From the NCBI GenBank assembly GCA_963724485.1, contig CAVRUW010000008.1, forward strand, positions 78,931-142,930: 64,000 nt of DNA, given 5' to 3'. The stretch comes from an uncultured Acidobacteriota bacterium. Its GTDB lineage: Bacteria > Acidobacteriota > Vicinamibacteria > Vicinamibacterales > UBA2999. The number at the start of each line of letters is the position of its first letter. Positions within the stretch are counted from its first letter, which is position 1. Made by a program: the position numbers and the translations under genes. The notes below the pieces were generated by a model. The model did no database searches and was not told where the DNA came from. It saw only the letters and a program-made list of their open reading frames with translations. Below, in pieces: positions 33,286-41,270 of the stretch.

Positions 33286-33675
33286 ATGACAACTATTACT
33301 CGCGTGGCGTTCGTAACGCTGCTGATGTCGCTCAGCGCAACAGCGACCTGGCTGGTCGCGCAGAACAGTTTCGGGACACCGAAATCGATCATCCACCTGT
33401 CGGTGATCCAGTGGAAGGAGGGCGTCTCAGCGGCCGAAAAGAAACAGGCCCTCGACGGCGTGAAGGAAATGGCCGCGAAGATCCCCGGCATGAAGAACGT
33501 CTGGACGAAAGCACTGCGCGTGCAGCCCGAGGGCTATCACGACGCATTTGTCATCGAGTTCGAGAATCAGGCGGCGGCGGACCGTTACGCCAAGGACCCG
33601 GTGCACGACGCCTGGACAGAGGCGTTCGTGAAGATACGCGAGGCAAGCATCTCACCTCAGATTACGAACGACTGA
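33286..33675 (+). CDS. Dabb (stress-responsive alpha/beta-barrel) domain protein with a signal peptide
   Basis: IIHLSVIQWKEGVSAAEKKQALDGVKEMAAKIPGMKNVW...HDAFVIEFENQAAADRYAKDPVHDAW. Confidence 0.8.
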   Translation: MTTITRVAFVTLLMSLSATATWLVAQNSFGTPKSIIHLSVIQWKEGVSAAEKKQALDGVKEMAAKIPGMKNVWTKALRVQPEGYHDAFVIEFENQAAADRYAKDPVHDAWTEAFVKIREASISPQITND

Positions 33676-33712
33676 TGGCCACTTGGCCGATCCCTCGGCT
33701 GGCTGAAGCGGC

Positions 33713-34852
33713 TCAAAAGGGCGCGGAAGCGGGACGCTCGACCTGTCGTTTCAGATATTCCAGGTAGCCTCGAACAGCGTTGCGCGAACGACGGCTGATG
33801 ATGGGCCGCAGCAGCGACCCCGTCAAGCCGGTCGTTCCATCGCTCCGCGACCTGATGATCGAGAGAAGGTAGAAACCGGGCCGGGCCCGACGGTCATCGT
33901 CGGCGAGAAACCGCAGCTCGAGGGCAGTGTGGAAATAGTGGGTGGCATAGAGCTGCTTGATCGCGATGACATGCGAGACGCCGAACGGCCTGGCTGCCAG
34001 CGGATAGGTGATCACATGGTTGACCCGGAGGGTCGGTTTGAGGCCAAAGTCGACCACCGACCAGTAGAAGAAATCGTCCGCGCCGGCGGGGCGGCTGCGC
34101 GGGTACTGGTCCAGATACGTGATGAGCTCCGGCACTGGAATGAGTAGCTCCTTGCTGTTGGTGAGGAGGGCACGGAATTCCTCGGGCACCGTTAGCGGCT
34201 CGTCGCCATCGTCGTATCGGCCGAGTGCAGCGTTGCCGTTCGCCTGATACGCGTGCACCAGCTCGAGGATCATCTCGCGGACGATCTGGTGGGCTTGAAG
34301 CGATGAATTCGGCGATGACCAGCCGACTTGATCCCGGAAGCGGGTCATCGCCGAGGTCGAGAGCTTCATGCCGCATGAGCCGGGACGACAGCTAGCCAAA
34401 GCCGCAACGTCTTTTGCGGGCAGCGTCAGCGACGCCAAATCCTCGAGCTGCGGCGGATTGCTGAAGCGGCCGATTTGAGGGATGCCGGGGCCTCTCTCGA
34501 ACCGCTCGATGTCGCCGAACCGATCGAGGAAACGAGCGGCCGGGGTCTCGACGTGCACCACTCCGAAAACCGCCAACTCCTGTCGCACCGGCGTGTCGAG
34601 ACTCTTGACGACCGCCTCACCCGCGTGAATCGCCCGGAGATCGGCTTCAACGAACCGCTCGCGCCGCAACAGAGTCTCCACGACTGGAGTTGACTGTGCA
34701 GCCGGCGAAGCAACGGCGTTCAGTAGGACTGCCCCCAACCCGAGGCTGCAGAGGGCAGGCAGGAAACGGCTTTCGCAGCTGTTCACAGGTCCATTGTGCC
34801 GTGCCCGGGGCCTTTGGCAGGAAACTACCGAAAGTAGTGGTGGAGCATCCAT
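33713..34852 (-). CDS. Hypothetical secreted protein; I do not recognise a family
   Basis: The C-terminal ~350 aa of ORF 33713..35605 has protein-like composition. The ATG at 34852 (or GTG at 34786) lies just after the stop of the upstream BNR gene, and a signal-like LPALCSLGLGAVLLNAVASPAAQS follows. Confidence 0.6.
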   Translation of the reverse strand: MDAPPLLSVVSCQRPRARHNGPVNSCESRFLPALCSLGLGAVLLNAVASPAAQSTPVVETLLRRERFVEADLRAIHAGEAVVKSLDTPVRQELAVFGVVHVETPAARFLDRFGDIERFERGPGIPQIGRFSNPPQLEDLASLTLPAKDVAALASCRPGSCGMKLSTSAMTRFRDQVGWSSPNSSLQAHQIVREMILELVHAYQANGNAALGRYDDGDEPLTVPEEFRALLTNSKELLIPVPELITYLDQYPRSRPAGADDFFYWSVVDFGLKPTLRVNHVITYPLAARPFGVSHVIAIKQLYATHYFHTALELRFLADDDRRARPGFYLLSIIRSRSDGTTGLTGSLLRPIISRRSRNAVRGYLEYLKRQVERPASAPF

Positions 34853-34874
34853 TGGAAGGAAATCGCCAACCGAG

Positions 34875-35852
34875 TCACAGCACCAGCGCGAGGCCGCGCA
34901 AGTGCGGCGGCGACATCGCATAGCTGGCCGCGCGGCGCCAACTCTTCCCGCCGTCATCCGAACCGTGCACCCCGCGTTCATCCGCGGCCCAAAGTTCTCC
35001 GGCTCTGGCGCCGGCACAGAGCAGAGGCGCAATTGTGCTGGGTGTCTCCGGCCAGCCGTCGCGCACGCGCTCCCAGCTCTCGTGAGTGAGACGTCGATAC
35101 AGGCGGCCATCCGAGCGGCCAGCGACGTACGCGGAGTGCGGTCCGGACGATGCTGACACCACGACCGCATCGGGTTGCCCCGGATCGATAACCACACTGC
35201 GTAAATAGCCGACCTCGAGACCAGCGCTGGGCGATCGCCAGGTGGCCCCCGCATCGTCACTCTCGAAATATCCATCTCCAGCGGAGACACGCAGAACATC
35301 GGGAGCGTTGCGGTGAATGGCGAGTTCGTGCGTGTCCCAGGGTCCTCCGGGAACGCGGTCGCGCCAGGTACGGCCGCCATCGGTCGTGGACACGAGCGCC
35401 CCGGCCTCGACCGCGACCCAGAGTCGTTCCGGCTCCAGCGGGTGGCACGCGATCCAGCGAACGTGATGAGTGCTTGGTCTCGGCGGAAACGACCACTCAG
35501 ACGACGAGGACAGAGTCTCCAACCTGTGGGTCTGCTCCCAAGTAGTTCCCGCATCGCGTGAGCGCCACACTTCGCTTGGCTCGGTGCCGACCCAAACCAA
35601 GTCACGCTCCACGGGACTCGCGGTGACGGCCATGATCAACTTGCCCAACAGGCCGACCGACCGCCATGACGTTCCACCATCGTCGCTCCTGAACACACCT
35701 CCCCGCTGGGTCCCACACCACGCACGTCCTTGTATCAGGGGGTCCGCCGACAGGCAGGTGGGGCGGTCGCTGATCCCTTGTGCGGAGGCGGAGGTCCCTC
35801 GCTCACCGTCAACAACAACGACCTCGCGGTCGGTGGCGACCAGAATCGACAT
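34875..35852 (-). CDS. BNR/Asp-box repeat protein (sialidase-fold beta-propeller)
   Basis: Five S-x-D-x-G-x-(T/S)-W boxes: SDDGGTSW, SRDAGTTW, TTDGGRTW, SDDAGATW, SDDGGKSW. Confidence 0.85.
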   Translation of the reverse strand: MSILVATDREVVVVDGERGTSASAQGISDRPTCLSADPLIQGRAWCGTQRGGVFRSDDGGTSWRSVGLLGKLIMAVTASPVERDLVWVGTEPSEVWRSRDAGTTWEQTHRLETLSSSSEWSFPPRPSTHHVRWIACHPLEPERLWVAVEAGALVSTTDGGRTWRDRVPGGPWDTHELAIHRNAPDVLRVSAGDGYFESDDAGATWRSPSAGLEVGYLRSVVIDPGQPDAVVVSASSGPHSAYVAGRSDGRLYRRLTHESWERVRDGWPETPSTIAPLLCAGARAGELWAADERGVHGSDDGGKSWRRAASYAMSPPHLRGLALVL

Positions 35853-35947
35853 CGCTCAATTTTCCTCGAACGCGAGGCCGCCAACCTCTGCGTTTGCTGA
35901 ACGAGCGTTGCTGAGCCGGCTGGACGCCCTTTCGCACATTGTGAGGT

Positions 35948-36343
35948 ATGAAGCAGTTGGCTGTCCTCACGCTCGTCGGTGTCCTGATGAACTCCACGGC
36001 CTCCGCTCAATCAATCAGCGCGAGCGCCGCAAAACTCGCGGAGAGCACGGCGGTTCAATCAACCCCAAAACGTGACTCGGTTCTCAACGGTGCGCTGATT
36101 GGCGGTGCGATCGGCCTGGGCACAACGCTGATTCTCGCCCAGCAGGCGTGCGGCACGCTGAGCCGCAATTCTGAATGCGCCGAGATCTGGGTACCGGGCG
36201 GTCTCTCGCTGTTCGTGCCGGCTGGCATCATCACTGGTGCGCTGATCGATCACGCCATTGGAAACAGTCGTGTGATGGTCGGTCCAGTGATCGGCAAGAG
36301 CGAGGCAGGGCTTGTGGGAACGATTCGATTGGGCAAGAAATGA
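35948..36343 (+). CDS. Small secreted/membrane glycine-zipper-like protein
   Basis: Signal peptide MKQLAVLTLVGVLMNSTASAQ, then NGALIGGAIGLGTTLIL... and PAGIITGALID. Confidence 0.6.
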   Translation: MKQLAVLTLVGVLMNSTASAQSISASAAKLAESTAVQSTPKRDSVLNGALIGGAIGLGTTLILAQQACGTLSRNSECAEIWVPGGLSLFVPAGIITGALIDHAIGNSRVMVGPVIGKSEAGLVGTIRLGKK

Positions 36344-36492
36344 CCCCTATAATCCACACGACTTGGCACTGACATCCGGCACTCGACTCGGCGTCTACGA
36401 GATCGTTACGCAGATTGGCGAGGGCGGGATGGGGTTGGTCTACAGCGCCCGCTGACCGTCATCGTCAACTGGACCTCGACGCTCCAGAAATA
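36340..36492 (+). pseudogene. Ghost of a Ser/Thr kinase-PD40 gene: only the N-terminal P-loop and the last ~14 codons survive
   Basis: One frame reads LTSGTRLGVYEIVTQIGEGGMGLVYSAR*. The next frame then reads PLTVIVNWTSTLQK*, which compares with the C-terminus of the intact kinase, ...HPTIVLDWAQPRRD*. The ATG at 36340 still overlaps the upstream stop (ATGA). Confidence 0.5.
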
Positions 36493-36507
36493 ACGCGTCG
36501 TAGGACT

Positions 36508-38073
36508 CTACAGTCGCATTCCCGCAAGCTGCCCGGCTCCAACTCCGTTGTCGCCCGTGGACTCATTCACCGGAATCTGCACCCGCAGTCGCGTTCCCTT
36601 CTTCAATTCCGTCTCAATACTGAGGGTGCCTCCGGCGAGCCTCACCCGTTCCGTGATGCTGACGAGCCCCAGGCCCTTGCCTTTCGTGGGGGAACCTGCG
36701 AGATCGAATCCTCTGCCGTCGTCGGCAATCGTGAGCTCCCCGCTCTCGCCGATACGACGCAGCCGGACGTCCGCCATGCTGGCGCCGGCGTGCGCCGCGA
36801 CGTTGCGGAGCGCCTCCTGCGCGATCCGATAGAGACAGAGCGCCGCGTCGGGCGTGAGGCACTCGAAGTCTCCTTCGGCACTGCACGTGATCGCGACACC
36901 GTGTACACGCGCAAGCTCGGCGCAATAGTCAGTCAGGGCGGACACCAGCCCCACGTGCCGGAGCACGGACGGGTGCAGGTCGTGCGAGAGGTGGCGGACG
37001 TTCTCGGTCAGCATGAGCGTGCGCTGCTGCAGCACCCACAGGTCTCGTTCCACATTCTCGCTGCCTGGCAGCGCGGCCACACGCCGTGTGAGGCCGCTGA
37101 AGGCGATGGACAATCCGGCGAGTTGCTGGCTCACGTCATCGTGCAAGTCGCGCGCGACGCGTGCGCGCTCGGCATCCTGCGCTTCGATCAAACGGCCCGC
37201 GAGATGGTGAATCTCGCGATGGCTGATCTGCAAGGCCGCCTCGCTTTCGCGGATTGTCTCTTCGGCCCGCTTGCGCTCCGTGATGTCCACCTTCGTGCCG
37301 ACCATGCGCTGCAAGGTGCCATCCGCGCGGCGCATCGCCGACCCGCGCGAGAGGAACCATTTCGCGCTGCCATCCTTGTGCAACATCCGGTGCTCGATTT
37401 CGTATGTTTCGGTTTCGCCCTCGACGCAGGCCTTGATCCGGGCGGCGGCCGCCGGCACATCGTCAGGATGCACTCTCGCGCCCCAGTCCTCCGGACGTTT
37501 CGAGATCTCCGCGTCGCCGAATCCCAACAGCGATTTCAGCACTGGATCGACGTACAACTCGTTTGTCTCGAAGTTCCAGTCCCACACGCCGAGGGCCGCC
37601 GCGCCGGTCGCGAGCCCATAGCGCCGTTGACTTTCCAGCAGCGCCAACTCGGTGCGCCGGCGCCGCCCTCGCTGGAGGATCAACGCGCCAATCAGCAACG
37701 TCTGGAGAACGAGGACCAGGCCGGCGCCGACGAGAGGCAGCTGGCTCTCGCTGATGCCCCATCGCTGCAGCTGTCGCGAGTCGAACATCGGTACGACACG
37801 CACCTGTTCTGAGGGCACGTCGCCAGGCGGTGTGCCCGGTGCCTGGGCTCGCATCGGGACGACTACGGACCATGCGCCGATCAGTGCCGCCGTCAAGATC
37901 GTGCGGCACACTGCGCGCACTGCGGCGAGACGACGTGCTGTGCAAGCTCGATTCACAGTATTCCTATCCAGATTCCTATCCAGATGCCTATCCAGATGCC
38001 TCCGAAGAGAAGAGATGCCAGTTGATTCTATCGTTTCACGACGACGAAATGGTGACAGCGGCCTTAACCTCAC
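36508..38073 (-). CDS. Sensor histidine kinase (TM-TM-PAS-HisKA_3-HATPase_c, NarL-partner type). No response regulator is adjacent and the start is uncertain.
   Basis: ...GVWDWNFETNELYVDP...HPDD...ITERKRAEE...ERARVARDLHDDVSQQLAGL...HDLHPSVL...LYRIAQEALRNVAAHAGAS...DDGRGF...GLGLVSITERV. The periplasmic loop is only ~35 aa and ends FDSRQLQRWGISESQLP. Confidence 0.85.
   Translation of the reverse strand: MRLRPLSPFRRRETIESTGISSLRRHLDRHLDRNLDRNTVNRACTARRLAAVRAVCRTILTAALIGAWSVVVPMRAQAPGTPPGDVPSEQVRVVPMFDSRQLQRWGISESQLPLVGAGLVLVLQTLLIGALILQRGRRRRTELALLESQRRYGLATGAAALGVWDWNFETNELYVDPVLKSLLGFGDAEISKRPEDWGARVHPDDVPAAAARIKACVEGETETYEIEHRMLHKDGSAKWFLSRGSAMRRADGTLQRMVGTKVDITERKRAEETIRESEAALQISHREIHHLAGRLIEAQDAERARVARDLHDDVSQQLAGLSIAFSGLTRRVAALPGSENVERDLWVLQQRTLMLTENVRHLSHDLHPSVLRHVGLVSALTDYCAELARVHGVAITCSAEGDFECLTPDAALCLYRIAQEALRNVAAHAGASMADVRLRRIGESGELTIADDGRGFDLAGSPTKGKGLGLVSITERVRLAGGTLSIETELKKGTRLRVQIPVNESTGDNGVGAGQLAGMRL
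37961..38008. repeat. 12-bp tandem repeat TTCCTATCCAGA x2, TGCCTATCCAGA x1, plus one degenerate unit
   Basis: Read directly. It lies in the 5' end (or leader) of the histidine kinase ORF, where it encodes ...RHLDRHLDRNLDRN... if the ATG at 38073 is used. Confidence 0.8.
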
Positions 38074-38161
38074 CTGAATCGACTATAGACTCTTTTGTGT
38101 ATATACTGCGCTGGGCATAAACATTCGCCCCGGCCAGGTAAGGGATTGAGGTTAACGCACC

Positions 38162-38527
38162 ATGCCTGACAAGTTGAGAAGCGTCGACCGGCTGTTGCCG
38201 CTCAAACCGAAGGTTCTCCACATTTTGTTGGCGGTGGCAGATGGGCCTCGGCATGGCTACAGCATCATGCAGGAGGTAGCGAAGCGCACGGACGGCCAGG
38301 TTCGCCTGTGGCCCGCGGCATTGTACGGATTGCTTCGGGAACTCGAGAAGACCGATTTGATTGTGGAGTCGAATATCCGGCCGGCCGCCGAGGAAGATGA
38401 CGAGCGGCGCCGGTACTTTACGCTCACGCCGCACGGGAAGCGTGTGCTGGATGCCGAGGTTCGGCGCCTCGAGGCGATTGTCAGTCACGCTCGCTCGAGC
38501 CGTGCGTTGCGGAAGGCTCGCGCATGA
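38162..38527 (+). CDS. PadR-family transcriptional regulator
   Basis: LKPKVLHILLAVADGPRHGYSIMQEVAKRTDGQVRLWPAALYGLLRELEKTDLI...RRYFTLTPHGKRVL. Confidence 0.9.
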   Translation: MPDKLRSVDRLLPLKPKVLHILLAVADGPRHGYSIMQEVAKRTDGQVRLWPAALYGLLRELEKTDLIVESNIRPAAEEDDERRRYFTLTPHGKRVLDAEVRRLEAIVSHARSSRALRKARA

Positions 38528-41100
38528 CGACCGATCGGCGTGCCGTCCGCGAAGACGGCGACCGACTGCTCGACGACGCTCGCGCGCGTGGGCCAGTCAG
38601 CTTCGCGACGACTTGGTTTGCACTTCTCTGGGATCTCGTCTTCGTCGGAGCCAGGCACGATCTTGCGCAGGCACTGCGGACGCTCGTTCGATCGCCGGCA
38701 GTCACCGTCGGCACTTCACTGCTCCTCGGGCTTGGTGTCGCGGCGACGACCACGCTCTTCGCGTTTGTTGACGCAGTACTCCTTCGACCGCTGCCCTACG
38801 ATCAACCAGATCGGCTGGTCCTGATGTTTGAATCGAATGTCAGCCAGGATCGCCTGCGCGAGGGCCCGTCCCCGGGCAATGTCCTCGACTGGGTCGCCCG
38901 GAATGACGCGTTCGATGCGATCACCGCCGTGATGACGATCTCGGCCACCCTCCGGGGACGCGACGGTGGCACGCCGGTCAGCGGCGTACATGTCACGCGC
39001 GGTTTCTTCGACGTGTATCGTCGTCAACCACTGCTGGGACGCACGTTTCATGCGGACGAATACGAGGGCGCGGCGTCGATAATGTCGCGGCAGCCATCCA
39101 GCGGCGAACCGGTCGTCGTTCTAAGTCATCGCCTGTGGCAGACCCTGGGCGCCGATCCTCAGATGGTTGGCCGGACCGTCTCCGTGGAAGGCCGCGACTG
39201 GCGCGTGATTGGGGTGATGCCCGACGACTTCGCGGCGCCCGACGCGGCGGCGGCCTTTTGGGCGCCGTGGGACATGCGTGTGTCGTACCGCGGCGAGCGT
39301 TTTCCGAACGGGCCCCCTCGCGACGCCCGGTTCTTGCGCGTCGTTGGCCGGATGACAGCAGGGATGTCCATCGAAGGCGCAACGGCGCGAATGCAAACAC
39401 TGGCAAGCGGAATGGCGTCGGAGCATCCGGAGGTCAACGCCGGTTGGGGTGTTCGGCTCTCTCCGCTCACGGATGAAATCACACGCACGAGTCGTCTGGA
39501 GCTCCTCCTCGTCTTTGCCGCGATGTTCTGCCTGCTGTTGCTGGTGTGTGCCAACGTCGCCAGCCTGGCCATCGCGCGCGGGGTCGGCCGCGCGAGGGAG
39601 ATTGCGATTCGCCTGGCGCTCGGAGCCGGTGGGAGGCGCGTCACGCGACAGTTGATCGCCGAAAGTGTGCTGAGCGCCATCGTCACGATGGTCATCGCGA
39701 TCGTTCTCGCGACGTGGTGGTTGGACGCGGCCCTCTCGATAGCGCCCGCCGGCATTCCGCGCCTGCACGAAGTGGCCATGAACGCGCGAGTCGCGTCGTT
39801 TGCTGCCGTTCTCGCGCTCCTGGTCACGGCTGTCGGAAACGCCGTACCGACCTTTCGCGCGAGCCGGACACCGATTGCGGGAGCGCTCAAAGACGGGACC
39901 ACTGTTTCGACGAGCGCGTCTGGCCGGCTGCGCGCGGGACTGGTGGTGGGCGAGATTGCGGCTGCCGTGATGCTGCTCGTCGGAGCTGGGTTGTTGGCCA
40001 GGACATTTGCGGAGTTACGACGAGTTGATGTGGGCTTCAACACGAACAACCTTCTTGTCTTGCGCATCACCCCCGATGTCGCGCGATATCGCACTGGCGC
40101 GCAGACGACCGCTTACTACCGTCGGGTGCTCGATTCACTCCGCGAGGTTCCCGCGGTTGCGTCAGTGGCAGCGGTCACGTCCCTGCCGATGAGCACGATC
40201 GGTTCCGACTTTACCCGGCCGTACTGGCCTGAGCATGCCCGCCCTGAAGGCAACGCGGTGCCGGAAGCCAGCATTCGCATGGCGACACCTGGATACTTCG
40301 GGACGTTGGGCCGTCCCGTGATTGCTGGACGCGAGTTCTCGGACCGCGACGACGCTGACGCACCCCGTGTGGTCATCATCAATCAGACACTCGCGAGAAA
40401 CGCGTGGGGCAGTGAAAACCCGGTTGGACGAAACCTGGTTCTCGACTACCAGGGCGGGCCCTATCCCTATGAAGTGGTTGGCGTGGTGCGCGACGATCGT
40501 CACGATGGGCCGCGAAGTGAGCCGGTGCCTGAGATTTTCATTCCACACTCCCAGAACCCGTACCTCGTCCTGAACGTGATCGCTCGGACGACGATGGATC
40601 CCGTGGCCGTCGCCCAGACGGCTCGCGCCCACGCGCTTCGTGTCGACCCCGATCAACCCGTGCACTCGGTGACCACGATGGACCAACTGCTCGGCGATGT
40701 CGTGCAGCTCGATCGATTCGCCATGCTGCTCATCACGCTGTTCGCGGTTGGAGGGCTCATCACCGCGGCCGGTGGTGTGTACGCCCTGCTCGCCTACACC
40801 GTGGTGCAACGCCGTCGGGAGATTGCGATGCGGATGGCGCTGGGGGCGTCCCCGCGGCGTGTCGCACGGTCGATCGTGATGGAATCGCTGGTTCTCGCCG
40901 TCGCTGGCGGCACGATCGGCCTCATCGGTGCGGCGGCAAGCACCCGTTTTGCGCGCACGCTGCTCTTTGGTGTGGCGCCGCAGGATCCCATAACGCTCGT
41001 GACGGCCGTTGCCGTGCTCCTTGTAGTGGTCGTGGCTGCCAGCTGGTTGCCGGCGCGCCGTGCCTCACTGATCGACCCAGGGCGCGCGATGCGGATTTGA
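38524..41100 (+). CDS. ADOP-type duplicated FtsX/MacB-like permease (intact)
   Basis: ATGA overlap with PadR. ...TTTLFAFVDAVLLRPLPYDQPDRLVLMF..., two MacB_PCD+FtsX halves, and it ends ...AASWLPARRASLIDPGRAMRI. Confidence 0.9.
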   Translation: MTTDRRAVREDGDRLLDDARARGPVSFATTWFALLWDLVFVGARHDLAQALRTLVRSPAVTVGTSLLLGLGVAATTTLFAFVDAVLLRPLPYDQPDRLVLMFESNVSQDRLREGPSPGNVLDWVARNDAFDAITAVMTISATLRGRDGGTPVSGVHVTRGFFDVYRRQPLLGRTFHADEYEGAASIMSRQPSSGEPVVVLSHRLWQTLGADPQMVGRTVSVEGRDWRVIGVMPDDFAAPDAAAAFWAPWDMRVSYRGERFPNGPPRDARFLRVVGRMTAGMSIEGATARMQTLASGMASEHPEVNAGWGVRLSPLTDEITRTSRLELLLVFAAMFCLLLLVCANVASLAIARGVGRAREIAIRLALGAGGRRVTRQLIAESVLSAIVTMVIAIVLATWWLDAALSIAPAGIPRLHEVAMNARVASFAAVLALLVTAVGNAVPTFRASRTPIAGALKDGTTVSTSASGRLRAGLVVGEIAAAVMLLVGAGLLARTFAELRRVDVGFNTNNLLVLRITPDVARYRTGAQTTAYYRRVLDSLREVPAVASVAAVTSLPMSTIGSDFTRPYWPEHARPEGNAVPEASIRMATPGYFGTLGRPVIAGREFSDRDDADAPRVVIINQTLARNAWGSENPVGRNLVLDYQGGPYPYEVVGVVRDDRHDGPRSEPVPEIFIPHSQNPYLVLNVIARTTMDPVAVAQTARAHALRVDPDQPVHSVTTMDQLLGDVVQLDRFAMLLITLFAVGGLITAAGGVYALLAYTVVQRRREIAMRMALGASPRRVARSIVMESLVLAVAGGTIGLIGAAASTRFARTLLFGVAPQDPITLVTAVAVLLVVVVAASWLPARRASLIDPGRAMRI

Positions 41101-41270
41101 GGCGGCCGAGGGGTCTAAGGTGCCTGGGTGCCTAACTGCCTGGCATGCGCAAACGTGACGGACCGCACCATCCGATCCACTTCACGGCTGCGAGCCGAAG
41201 GTTGATCGTGGCGTACTCGTTCCCAACGAGTCGTATCGCGCATCAGGATGTTCATGCTTCAGGAGGTGAC

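Noticed and set aside
34853-35605. Upstream 250 aa of the 630-aa ORF 33713..35605.
   Set aside because: It overlaps the BNR-repeat gene (five clean Asp-boxes) in another frame. A start at 34852 or 34786 just after that gene's stop is followed by a signal peptide.
37961-38008. The 12-bp tandem repeat (and the heptamers at 63100-63127), considered as a CRISPR-like array.
   Set aside because: The units are directly adjacent with no spacers, are far shorter than CRISPR repeats, and no cas genes are present.
38063-38155. 9-bp inverted repeats TTAACCTCA / TGAGGTTAA flanking the histidine kinase-PadR intergenic region, plus GTATATAC at 38097-38104, considered as a PadR operator.
   Set aside because: The repeats are short and 80 bp apart, and could be chance. 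Nothing else supports a specific site, so I make no feature call.
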